Source: a virus (lineage: Duplodnaviria; Caudoviricetes). From it: a stretch of 27,292 bases of DNA. The stretch lies in IMG/VR virus record IMGVR_UViG_3300005541_000285; one strand, given 5' to 3'. The number at the start of each line of letters is the position of its first letter. The first letter of the stretch is position 1. Both the position numbers and the translations under genes were made by a program. Below, in pieces: positions 17,294 through 25,195 of the stretch. The notes beneath the pieces are model-generated. The model worked only from the letters and a program-made list of their open reading frames with translations, was not told the DNA's origin and did not search any database.

Positions 17294-18850
17294 TCACCAC
17301 GCCCCCGCGAGCGTTCGCAGGCGGCCGCCGCGCCGCAGCGCCGACAGCTCGTCACCGGCAGCCGTTCCATCCCAGAGGTCCGTTCTTTGTTCCGACCGGT
17401 GGGCGCGCGCCGCGGCGCGATACTCATACGCCGCCGGCGTCACCGTGCTGGCCCAATGCGCAAGCGCCGCCGCGATCGCGCTGTCGCCGTGCCGCCGACC
17501 GCCGTCCGTGTCATGTCCCCGTCGTTCCGGCGCCCGCGCAATCCCGCGCTCGAACACCAGCGCCCGATGGTCTTCGAGAATTGCTGCATCGCGCGGCAAG
17601 TCGATCAAGTCGTCCTCAAACGCCGCTTTGTAACGCGGCATATTGTCGCGATACCACTCGGCCGTCAGCATCACCTGCTGAATTTTTGCGCCATAGCGCT
17701 GCATCGCCCGTTCGGCCAGAAACTGGCCATTCCCCCGCGCATCCATCGCCCCCGCGGTAAAGCACGGCAGCCGGTCGACCACGTAGAAGAAAATCTCTTC
17801 CTGTTGGGTGAACGGTATGTTGCGCAGCTCGACCACAAACGGCGTATGCCGCCGCAGGCGCTCGCTCAGTTGCAGCGGCCAGATCACCGTCAGATCACCC
17901 GAGCGCCCGAAGTCCTCCCCAACAAAGCTCAGCGCGTCCGCACGCAACCCTGCGAGAGCCGGCGCAATCTGCTCGGCGCAAAAATCCGCCGCCGCCCGCT
18001 GACGCTCCTTTTCCGGCCGCTGCGCGAATTCTGCCGGCATCGCCCAGCGCGCCACCGGCGCCCCCGGCCGCATCCGCGCTTCGATCAGCGCCGACGGCAG
18101 AAACGCCCCGCCGCTGGCCCGCGGCACGCAGTCCAACTCCTCCTCGGCGTCCTCGCCGTACTGCGCGAATACCTCCTCGCGCCACGCCGCCTCCGCCGCG
18201 GCGCTCCACGGCCGGCCGTTTTTCGCGCAAATCCGATGAAACAGCCCGTCGCCGATCGCGTCCTCTATAGTCACTCGATGCAGTGAGTAGTGTTTGCGCC
18301 CGGCCCGAATCTCATTAACCAGTTCGTTGAACGGATTCGCCGCCCCGTTATGCGTCGAGATCACCCGCACCTGCCCGCCCCACAGCGTAAACGCCAGCGC
18401 CGCCTTCAGCAGCCCGCGCAAATCGTCGTGAAACGCTGCCTCGTCGATCACCGCACGTCCCTGCTTGCCACGCAGGCTCGACGGCCGCGACGACAGTGCG
18501 ACGATCTTCCGTCCCGAGCTGAAGCGCACCCGGTACGCCACGATGTCGCGCCGCCCATCACCCACCGCCACCTCTTCCACCGCCCGCGCCGCCTTGTCCA
18601 TCTGCCGCGCCCACACCGCCGCGGCCTCAACGAACTCGAGCGCCATCTCCTTGTTGTAACCCAGGTACCAGGTGTCCACGCCGTCGCGCCCCGCCGCACT
18701 GAGCACGCTGTCCGCCGCCTCAGTCCACGTCAGTCCCACCCGCCGCGACTTTTCTGCCACCTTGACCGGCGCGCGGTCGGCCAGCCAGCGCATTTGGTAG
18801 GGCAGCAGAATCGACTTCATGCCCTTCGCTATTTCGCTGACTACCGCCAC
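17294..18850 (-). CDS. Mu gp28-like terminase large subunit
   Basis: LLPYQ..W...EKSRRVGLTW, LRGKQG, Walker B VIDEAAF, ISTHNG, nuclease G.DFGRSGDL and RHGDSAIA motifs. Alternative start is ATG at 18820. Confidence 0.95.
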   Translation of the reverse strand: MAVVSEIAKGMKSILLPYQMRWLADRAPVKVAEKSRRVGLTWTEAADSVLSAAGRDGVDTWYLGYNKEMALEFVEAAAVWARQMDKAARAVEEVAVGDGRRDIVAYRVRFSSGRKIVALSSRPSSLRGKQGRAVIDEAAFHDDLRGLLKAALAFTLWGGQVRVISTHNGAANPFNELVNEIRAGRKHYSLHRVTIEDAIGDGLFHRICAKNGRPWSAAAEAAWREEVFAQYGEDAEEELDCVPRASGGAFLPSALIEARMRPGAPVARWAMPAEFAQRPEKERQRAAADFCAEQIAPALAGLRADALSFVGEDFGRSGDLTVIWPLQLSERLRRHTPFVVELRNIPFTQQEEIFFYVVDRLPCFTAGAMDARGNGQFLAERAMQRYGAKIQQVMLTAEWYRDNMPRYKAAFEDDLIDLPRDAAILEDHRALVFERGIARAPERRGHDTDGGRRHGDSAIAAALAHWASTVTPAAYEYRAAARAHRSEQRTDLWDGTAAGDELSALRRGGRLRTLAGAW

Positions 18851-18909
18851 TGGCTATTACTCACTGTTCTAAGCGCCGCGGAATCCGGAGCGTCAGTTGG
18901 TCTCTCGAC

Positions 18910-19470
18910 TCACTTCGTAACTTCCAGCAACGCGTTGCGGATCGCCTCGGTCGTCTCCGGCGTCAGCCCCCCACCGTCCTTAGCCACCGCTTCTACCAGC
19001 TTCGCTTCGGCCTTCACCGCCCTCGCCTTGAGCAGGACCCGCCACTCTTCAACCGACTTGCGATGCATGATCGTCGCGCGGCTCATCTGCGCCACGCTCG
19101 TTGCCAGTGCGCCCAGGTTGATCTGCTTGGCCTTCGCCGGCGTCAGTTCGATCAGCACGGCGAACAGTTGTTGTTGCACCAGCCGCAGCATCGCTTCTGT
19201 GATCTGGCAGTCGTCGTCCGGCGCCGCCTCGAGCAACGCCCGCGCCTGCGCCGTCGCCCGCTCCAGCGCCGCCATCTTGCCCTCTAGTTGGTTGCCGTAT
19301 TTCTGCACCGATTGGCGGCTGATGATGCAGCCCTGGGTTCTTAGCCACGCGCTCAGCTCGGTGTAGCCGCTGAAGTTGCGCTCGACCAGCCGCCGGTCCA
19401 GCTCGGCCCGCAGCTCCGGCGCCAGGGTTCTTAAGATTCCTCGTGAAGACATAACCTGCGGCACTCTCAC
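18910..19470 (-). CDS. Mu gp27-like (DUF3486) putative terminase small subunit
   Basis: L..ELRAELDRRLVERNFSGYTELSAWL...G..ISRQSVQKYG...GLTPET.EAIR pattern. GTGA overlap with the upstream gene. Confidence 0.85.
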   Translation of the reverse strand: MRVPQVMSSRGILRTLAPELRAELDRRLVERNFSGYTELSAWLRTQGCIISRQSVQKYGNQLEGKMAALERATAQARALLEAAPDDDCQITEAMLRLVQQQLFAVLIELTPAKAKQINLGALATSVAQMSRATIMHRKSVEEWRVLLKARAVKAEAKLVEAVAKDGGGLTPETTEAIRNALLEVTK

Positions 19471-19784
19471 CAGTAGCGCTTCGGCCGCGCCACGCCGGGC
19501 GGCGCCGGCGCCGTATACTCAACCAGGTCAACGCCGTCCGCGGTCAGCTTCGCGTACCAGCTCCCGTCGTCTTCCTGCCCCACCTCGGCCAGCTTGAGAT
19601 CGCTCAAATAGTCCAGCTCGCGCCGCACGCCGGCCGGCCCCAGCCCCAGTCGCAGATCGTCCAGCACCCGCAGGATGATCTCCTCGCCCACTCCGATCGG
19701 CCGCCCGGCGTCCAGAATCCGCAAAATCCGCCACCGCGCTTCTTCCCGCTGCCTTTGTCCCATGTCCATAGCTCGTTTACTCAT
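19467..19784 (-). CDS. Mu gp26-like winged-helix protein
   Basis: RWRILRIL...VRRELDYL...AKLTADGVDLVEY....PGVARP pattern. ATGA-coupled and directly upstream of gp27. Confidence 0.8.
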   Translation of the reverse strand: MSKRAMDMGQRQREEARWRILRILDAGRPIGVGEEIILRVLDDLRLGLGPAGVRRELDYLSDLKLAEVGQEDDGSWYAKLTADGVDLVEYTAPAPPGVARPKRYW

Positions 19785-20134
19785 TTCAGCGCCTCTTCCG
19801 CGCCGCCCATCCCGCCGCGCTCATATAGCCTTTCGCGCAGTTCTGAGATTTCCATCCGCATCTCTGCACGCAACGCATCGAGCTTCGCCTCGAGCGTATT
19901 ACTGAACCTAATCCAGTCCTCGCGCCGCACGTAATCCACCGGCAATTGCGCCTTCAGCTTCAGCAACTCGCGCTCGACCGCGTGCGAAAACTCACTCCCG
20001 TCGCGGCTCAGCGTCGCGAGTCGATTACCCATTTCCCTCCCGTACTGACCCAGCAGCCAGCGCAACGCCGCCAGGTTAAGCCCGATTAGGGTCACAAAGG
20101 CCAGCGCGAAGGTCGCAATCGCATCCCAGTTCAA
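19781..20134 (-). CDS. Membrane-anchored coiled-coil protein in the Mu gp25 position
   Basis: N-terminal hydrophobic helix and LKAQLPVDYVRREDWIR...EAKLD motif. TTG start with GGGAGA RBS. Confidence 0.7.
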   Translation of the reverse strand: MNWDAIATFALAFVTLIGLNLAALRWLLGQYGREMGNRLATLSRDGSEFSHAVERELLKLKAQLPVDYVRREDWIRFSNTLEAKLDALRAEMRMEISELRERLYERGGMGGAEEALK

Positions 20135-20156
20135 TGACTATTCTCCCAAGACCCAG

Positions 20157-20370
20157 TCCAGTGTCATCTCTCATTCATCCCGGTAGCAACAGGTCAACCC
20201 GTGCTGTCATCGAGCGCGGTGAGCAACGCGAACGCAGTCGAAAGCCTGCCCTGAGCGTAGCCGAAGGGGACCCCGAACAGCTTCGCGCCAGCGAAGCCGG
20301 TACTGGTTCCTGCGGGCGCGCCTCCGCGCGATTCGATTTGTTCAATGAATTTCTAACTCGTGACACTGGA
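20157..20370. repeat. MITE/REP-like non-coding insertion with terminal inverted repeats
   Basis: Perfect 10-bp inverted repeat TCCAGTGTCA (20157-20166) / TGACACTGGA (20361-20370). Internal CCTGCCCTGAGCGTAGCCGAAGGG (20245-20268) resembles widespread REP-like palindromic units. Confidence 0.6.
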
Positions 20371-20379
20371 TTCCGCGCC

Positions 20380-20616
20380 TCAGTGCTCCGTCGGCTCTGT
20401 CGACTCCTTGAGCTTGACTGCGGCCGACATCGCCAGGAGCACCGTCGCCAGCCCAGCCCCATATGCCGCCGCATCCGTCGCGTTAAAATGCCCGTGGCCG
20501 AATACCGCCGCCGCCCAAAACACCACGTAGGCGCCGGCCCCCAGGACGCCCACAATCCGCGCGGCGTCATAGGTTATGTTGTCCTTGCCGGTCAGGGCAT
20601 CCTTCAGCCATTTCAT
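20380..20616 (-). CDS. Small two-TM membrane protein, holin candidate
   Basis: 78 aa with two hydrophobic segments and a charged C-terminus, located in the lysis cassette. Confidence 0.6.
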   Translation of the reverse strand: MKWLKDALTGKDNITYDAARIVGVLGAGAYVVFWAAAVFGHGHFNATDAAAYGAGLATVLLAMSAAVKLKESTEPTEH

Positions 20617-20643
20617 AGTATTCGCGTCCGCTTACCCAATTGA

Positions 20644-20967
20644 CTATTTATGTGCCTGCGTCGCCGCCTGGCCTTGTACCGGCGCCGGCGGCGCCGCGCA
20701 GCCCGCAATTAGCGTGTCGCGCTCGCGCACCGCCCCCTTGAGGATTATGACCGTCGCCGCGTAACTCCGGAGCGTCTCCGCCGGGCTTGAGCCCGTGCGC
20801 AACGCGCCGATCGGCAGGACCGGCCGCGCCGGCGGCGGCGCCGCGCAATAGACCGGTCGATCGACCGGGATGCGCACCTCGACCGGCTCGGCGGGCGGCA
20901 GAAATGGCGGGGCGGACGCGCAGCCTGCAAGCTGGATCAGGATCAGCGGGAGGAGGCGCCTTACCAT
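20644..20967 (-). CDS. o-spanin (Rz1-like lipoprotein)
   Basis: Start at ATG 20967 gives MVRRLLPLILIQLAGC, a signal peptide with lipobox. Pro-rich with Cys residues. Overlaps the i-spanin 3' end. Confidence 0.8.
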   Translation of the reverse strand: MVRRLLPLILIQLAGCASAPPFLPPAEPVEVRIPVDRPVYCAAPPPARPVLPIGALRTGSSPAETLRSYAATVIILKGAVRERDTLIAGCAAPPAPVQGQAATQAHK

Positions 20968-21359
20968 CGTCCCAGCTCCGGTCCCTGCGCGTCGCCCCAT
21001 GCAATAGCTCCCATGCAGCCGTCAGGCACAGTTGTGCGGCTGAGCGCCGCCGCTTGCGCCGCCGCCTGCTGCTCAATTTGCGCCCCGCTGCGCGCCGCCG
21101 CCACCGCCCGCGCCGCCGCCGCTTGCGTCGCCGCCGCCGCGCGCGCCGTCAAATCTGTTAACGCGGCGTTCTGATGCTCGACCGCGGCTTTCATCGCCTG
21201 ATTCGTCGCGCTCAATCCGGCCAGCTCGGCCTCCAGCGCAACGCTTTGCCTCCGCGCCGCGTCGCGCTGATGCACCAGCAGGGCGCGATAACCCACTAGC
21301 GCCCCGACCAGTGCGATCAGCGCCAGCGGCTTCCACATGCTGCCTATTAGCAACGGCAT
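20961..21359 (-). CDS. i-spanin (Rz-like)
   Basis: N-terminal TM, Ala-rich coiled coil and a C-terminal Cys. Immediately upstream of the lipoprotein. Confidence 0.78.
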   Translation of the reverse strand: MPLLIGSMWKPLALIALVGALVGYRALLVHQRDAARRQSVALEAELAGLSATNQAMKAAVEHQNAALTDLTARAAAATQAAAARAVAAARSGAQIEQQAAAQAAALSRTTVPDGCMGAIAWGDAQGPELGRW

Positions 21360-21410
21360 TGCGACATCGCCTCTTTCCTGCTCAGCCTTCGGCCTGCCTG
21401 CCGCGGCCTT

Positions 21411-21725
21411 CTACTTGCCCGCCGTGATTGCGGCATTGTGCTCGACCGCCGCCGCCACCGTCGCCGCCCCATGATCGTCCACCGCCGCCGCGTGCTTGCT
21501 GATCGCCCCGGCCAACTGCTCGATCGCGGCCGCATGATGATCCGTCGCCGCCGCGTGCGCGTTGCCCCTTCCGCTCCCGACCGTATGCTCGAGCCGTCCG
21601 AGCCGCGTTTCGAGGCTTTTCAGCAAGGCCGCCGCCTCCGCCTCAAGCTTGCGCCCATACAGCGTCCCCAGCATGAAGCCGCCCAGCGCCGTCACTACGT
21701 AACCGCCGATTTCTGCGTAATCCAT
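21411..21725 (-). CDS. Single-TM Ala/His-rich protein in the lysis cassette
   Basis: ATG at 21725 with AGGAG RBS. TM segment IGGYVVTALGGFMLGTLYG is followed by a predicted coiled coil. Confidence 0.6.
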   Translation of the reverse strand: MDYAEIGGYVVTALGGFMLGTLYGRKLEAEAAALLKSLETRLGRLEHTVGSGRGNAHAAATDHHAAAIEQLAGAISKHAAAVDDHGAATVAAAVEHNAAITAGK

Positions 21726-21793
21726 CTCGCTCTCCTGTAAGCGTTTCTTCAAATGGGCCCGCGCGCCGCGCCGCAGGTAGTTTCGTCACTGAT

Positions 21794-22345
21794 TTATTCG
21801 TAGGCCCGTCGCAGCCACCCGGCCAGAAACCGTTCACGCTCCGCCGCCTCCCGGCTGCGCCCAGCCGCGATCTCGCGATAGACTCCCGCCGCCTCCGAAC
21901 GCAGCGCCGCCAGCAACGCCTCGCCATCCACCGCGGCCGCCGCCGCCCGCGTCGCCGGCCCCAGGACGCCGTCCTCCCCCACCTCGTGCCCGCAGGCCCG
22001 CAACGCCCGCTGAACACACCGCGCCGCCGGCTCCGGCCCCAAATTCACCGCCAAATTGAAAAGTTTGCTGCCAATCGCCGCCGGCAGCGCACTGTAGTCG
22101 TAGCGCGCCCACCAGTCGCGATAATAAATCGCCGCTGCCGCCGTGCGTGTCAGGCCTGCAATATCCACTTCCGGATACTGCCGCTGGCTGATTCCATACT
22201 TGGTCTCGCCGCCGCCATCCGCCGGATCGTCAACCAGCCCGCCCTCATCCCCCAGCACCTGCTCCAGCGCTGCAACAAACGCCGGCGGATAGCTAGTCGC
22301 GAGCCCGCTATCTATCTCTCCCGTCGATGACGCTGCTTCACTCAC
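21794..22345 (-). CDS. Endolysin, glycosyl hydrolase 108 family with peptidoglycan-binding domain
   Basis: EGGLVDDPADGGGETKYGISQR, AIYYRDWW, VQRAL...DGVLGPAT and FLAGWLRR motifs. Start is uncertain (GTG at 22345 preferred). Confidence 0.9.
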   Translation of the reverse strand: MSEAASSTGEIDSGLATSYPPAFVAALEQVLGDEGGLVDDPADGGGETKYGISQRQYPEVDIAGLTRTAAAAIYYRDWWARYDYSALPAAIGSKLFNLAVNLGPEPAARCVQRALRACGHEVGEDGVLGPATRAAAAAVDGEALLAALRSEAAGVYREIAAGRSREAAERERFLAGWLRRAYE

Positions 22346-22353
22346 AGTTCGGC

Positions 22354-22397
22354 AACCTACGCGCAATCGTCAGTCCGCATAAGGGTGAAATGTTTCA
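22354..22397 (-). promoter_or_regulatory. Putative Mor/C-activated late promoter (Plys equivalent)
   Basis: TGAAACATTTCACCCT (22397-22382) is identical to 15656-15641. A -10-like TAGGTT lies 22 nt downstream. Confidence 0.65.
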
Positions 22398-22852
22398 GCC
22401 CCAGCTGCCCGGACAGTCACCCGGTCGGACCCCGGCTGGTCCTCGGCGGACGCCCCGTCGCGTTCACGCGCGGCCCGCTTGAGCGCCGCGCGCCCAGCCG
22501 CCCGTTGCTCCGCCAATACCTGAAACACCCGCCGCCGCGTGCAACCCGCCTCCAGCGCGATCGCATCGATACTCAGCCCGCGCCGCCGCAACTCGTGAAT
22601 CCGCGCGCGCCGCGACGGCGGCCGCGGCACCTCCACACGATCGCCCCCAAACGTCCGCACCAGTTGCGCCGCCGCCACCGCGCCGATTACCCGGTTCAGC
22701 TCCTCCGCCGACGCCGTGCTCAACGGCACGTACAGCCGCGCACCGCCAAACGCCTCAACCAGCTTGCGCGTCGCCTCCTCGCCCACCGCCTCGCGCAGAT
22801 CCTCGAACAGCGAAGTGCGCCGCTCAGCCCCGTGTCCCGTGCTGCCGATCAC
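22370..22852 (-). CDS. Mor/C-family transcription activator
   Basis: VGEEATRKLVEAFGGARLYVP...FGGDRVEVP...GLSIDAIALEAGCTRRRVFQVL pattern. GTG at 22852 with AGGAGG RBS directly after the upstream stop. Confidence 0.85.
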   Translation of the reverse strand: MIGSTGHGAERRTSLFEDLREAVGEEATRKLVEAFGGARLYVPLSTASAEELNRVIGAVAAAQLVRTFGGDRVEVPRPPSRRARIHELRRRGLSIDAIALEAGCTRRRVFQVLAEQRAAGRAALKRAARERDGASAEDQPGSDRVTVRAAGAETFHPYAD

Positions 22853-22853
22853 C

Positions 22854-23231
22854 TCAAACCTCCTTGCCGATGTTCGCCGCGCGCGCCGCGCGCAGTCCAC
22901 ACGCCAATCCCTCCACCAGCCGCGCAAACGTCACATCCGCCGCCTGCCGTTGCACGACCGCCCTACACGCATGCATCACGCTCGAATGATCACGCGCGAA
23001 TGCCAGCCCGATCCGTGGAAACGACGCCCATCTGGCGTGTCGTGTACCGCGATAGGCGCCTTGCGCGCCGCGTTCGCCCGACAAATCCCGGCATAGATAC
23101 ATCGCTACCTGCCGCGCCGTCGCCACCGGCCGCCGCCGGCTGCGCGATAACAGCTCCGCCCGCGTCAGTTGAAAGGCCTGCGCCACCTGTTGCTGAATAT
23201 CGTCAATTAAGCCGAAATCTCGGGTCCCCAT
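22854..23231 (-). CDS. Stand-alone DnaA C-terminal (domain IV) DNA-binding protein
   Basis: IDDIQQQVAQAFQLTRAELLSRSRRRPVATARQVAMYLCRDL...SFPRIGLAFARDHSSVMHA matches the DnaA domain IV pattern. No AAA+ domain. ATG at 23231 preferred. Confidence 0.88.
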   Translation of the reverse strand: MGTRDFGLIDDIQQQVAQAFQLTRAELLSRSRRRPVATARQVAMYLCRDLSGERGAQGAYRGTRHARWASFPRIGLAFARDHSSVMHACRAVVQRQAADVTFARLVEGLACGLRAARAANIGKEV

Positions 23232-23359
23232 AACTTTTTCTACTTTAGTGAAAGACACCGTTATGCCATACTTAAGGCTCAACTACAGTGTATGAACTTT
23301 ATCCGTGATAACTCGCGTTGCGTTGTGGATGGGTAAATATATCCCATAGTAGGAGAATT
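23232..23359. promoter_or_regulatory. AT-rich divergent control region with candidate operators
   Basis: Lies between divergent regulators. Inverted repeats TTATC-CGT-GATAA (23299-23311) and ATGGG-N9-CCCAT (23329-23347). Confidence 0.6.
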
Positions 23360-24031
23360 ATGTCAACAGACGTAGAGAATGAATTTCGCCGACGCCTCCG
23401 CCTGATCATGCAGCAATTCGGCTCAGTGGCTGACTTGGCCAAGGCCGTCGGGGTCTCGGACAACGCAATTTACAAATGGGTCTCAGGACGTGGGCAGCCC
23501 AGCATGACGAGTCTAGTCAGCCTTGCTCAGGCCGCCGGAGTTTCGGTTGAATGGCTCGCCACGGGCCATGGCGGCTCAACCAAAGATCAGATGGACATCG
23601 CGAAAACCCGCAACGTCTCCGCCCCTGCCGTCGTCTCCCTGCCGCGCGAGGTCGTCGCTCTCGCCGAATCAGTTTCCCAGCTCAGAAGCACCCAAATCGT
23701 TGATTACTTGAGCTTTCAGGCCGAATGGTTGCGACGGCAACTCGGAGTCGAGCCCACACAGGTCGCTTTGATCGAAGCGCTCGGCGACGCGATGGCGCCC
23801 ACGATCGATGAGGGCGACCTTTGCCTGATCGACTTGCGCAGCCCGCGTGTCAGGTATGACGGGCTCTATGCGCTGTACGACGGAGTCGATCTTTCAATCA
23901 AACGTCTGCAGCGCGAGCCCGACGGGACGATCACCATTCGCAGCGACAACCCGGCCTATAGCTCGCAGCGGGTGGGCGCCGAAGAAGTCGTGCTGGCCGG
24001 GCGCGTCCTGTGGATTGGCGGCAAAGCCTAG
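23360..24031 (+). CDS. CI/LexA-like repressor (XRE HTH plus S24 domain), catalytic Ser apparently replaced by Ala
   Basis: ATG at 23360 with AGGAG RBS. HTH LAKAVGVSDNAIYKWVSG...GVSVEWLATG. S24 motifs GDAMAPTIDEGD, IKRLQ and IRSDNPAY. Confidence 0.9.
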   Translation: MSTDVENEFRRRLRLIMQQFGSVADLAKAVGVSDNAIYKWVSGRGQPSMTSLVSLAQAAGVSVEWLATGHGGSTKDQMDIAKTRNVSAPAVVSLPREVVALAESVSQLRSTQIVDYLSFQAEWLRRQLGVEPTQVALIEALGDAMAPTIDEGDLCLIDLRSPRVRYDGLYALYDGVDLSIKRLQREPDGTITIRSDNPAYSSQRVGAEEVVLAGRVLWIGGKA

Positions 24032-24286
24032 CCGTCGATTAACTTTGCGGCGATGGCCCTGAAGATTCCGCTGGTGACAGCGCTTAAACGATCTCGGTTG
24101 AGGTTGCCCGACCTGACGCTACGTCGATCCGAATGGCGAAGCTTGACCCTCACATCATCCACGCCTAGCTTAACGAGAGCCGTCGAGGCTTAACGCTGCC
24201 CCGCCGCCTTTGTTCGCAGTGCTCACCGCCGGTAAGCTGTCGCCAAGGCCGCTGCATCAAAATCCAATGTCCGTAGTCCAAATCTG

Positions 24287-25192
24287 ATGTCTGCTATAAT
24301 CATGGACGGCCGCATACTGAGCGCGCGCCTCCAGCCGCAGTTGCGCGCTCATGCGGATGAAATCGTCAAGCACTGCGGCATAACCCCAACCCTTGGTGCA
24401 ATTTGGGCGGGCGATGATGCGGCGTCGATCCAGTACGTGCGCAACAAGCGACGGATGGCTGAGGACCTTGGCTTCTCGACCGAGATCATAACGATGCCCG
24501 CGGCGGCCGCAACCACCGAAAATCTGCTCGCCACCATCCAACGCTTCAACGATGATCCGCGGATCACCGGCATCCTTTTGCAGTTGCCGCTGCCCGCACG
24601 CGTCGACACCTTTCGCCTCTTCGACGCGATCGCTCCAGCAAAAGACGTCGACGCCGTCGGCGCGAGCAGTCTCAGCGGCTTCTACCGCGGCGAGTGGGGT
24701 CGCTTCATTCCTTGTACACCGCGCGGCGTGCTGACGCTGCTCGAACATCACGCCGTGCCGGTCGACGGGATGCGCGCGGCGGTAATTGGCCGCAGCGATA
24801 TCGCGGGCAAGCCGCTCGCGCTCATCCTAGGCGGTCGTCTCATGAATGCCACCGTCACCTGGTGCCATCGCCATACGCTGAATCTCGCCGAAATCTGTCG
24901 CGACGCCGACCTTCTGGTCTCTTGCGCAGGCGCCGACCTCGGCCCCGATCGTTTCCTCGTTGACGCCGGCATGGTAAAGCCGGGCGCCTGCGTCATCGAT
25001 GTTGGCTTTCGCCGTATCGCCCCCGGACGCTTTGCCGGCGACGTCGATTTCGCCGCGGTCAGCCAGGTCGCAAAATGGATCACCCCGAATCCTGGCGGCA
25101 CTGGCCCGATGACGGTCGTCGCCCTCATGCAGAATCTCATCGACGCGGCGCGCTATCGCCTCGGCCTTGAACGCGCCCACTACACAGTGTGA
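24287..25192 (+). CDS. folD: Bifunctional methylenetetrahydrofolate dehydrogenase/cyclohydrolase
   Basis: YVRNK, GILLQLPLP, KDVD, PCTPRG, VIGRSDIAGKP, VIDVG, GDVDF and ITPNPGGTGPMT motifs. Confidence 0.96.
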   Translation: MSAIIMDGRILSARLQPQLRAHADEIVKHCGITPTLGAIWAGDDAASIQYVRNKRRMAEDLGFSTEIITMPAAAATTENLLATIQRFNDDPRITGILLQLPLPARVDTFRLFDAIAPAKDVDAVGASSLSGFYRGEWGRFIPCTPRGVLTLLEHHAVPVDGMRAAVIGRSDIAGKPLALILGGRLMNATVTWCHRHTLNLAEICRDADLLVSCAGADLGPDRFLVDAGMVKPGACVIDVGFRRIAPGRFAGDVDFAAVSQVAKWITPNPGGTGPMTVVALMQNLIDAARYRLGLERAHYTV

Positions 25193-25195
25193 AGC

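Larger units (their letters stand above)
1..24031 (-). mobile_element. Mu-like head / P2-like contractile tail phage-derived cluster lacking transposition genes (left boundary is outside the window)
   Basis: Contiguous repressor, regulators, lysis, packaging, head and tail genes in Mu order. No transposase, integrase or replicase in the window. Confidence 0.85.

Noticed and set aside
17387-19366. Long plus-strand ORFs (299 and 358 aa), and similar ones at 14875, 22385 and minus-strand 25721
   Set aside because: These are antisense shadows of well-supported genes in high-GC DNA, Arg/Pro-rich and without motifs.
20134-20643. Plus-strand 169-aa ORF and minus-strand 131-aa ORF across the repeat
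   Set aside because: They are read-throughs of the REP/MITE element (KPALSVAEG) and overlap the holin candidate.
23299-23332. DnaA-box-like 9-mers (TTATCCGTG, TGTGGATGG) in the control region
   Set aside because: They have 2-3 mismatches to TTATCCACA, which is too weak to call, though worth testing with the DnaA-like protein.
24032-24286. Possible Mu left end, att site or folate/ZTP riboswitch upstream of folD
   Set aside because: Only short GCTTAA(A)CG and GCCGTCGA repeats are visible. I saw no convincing transposase-binding repeats, tRNA or riboswitch consensus.
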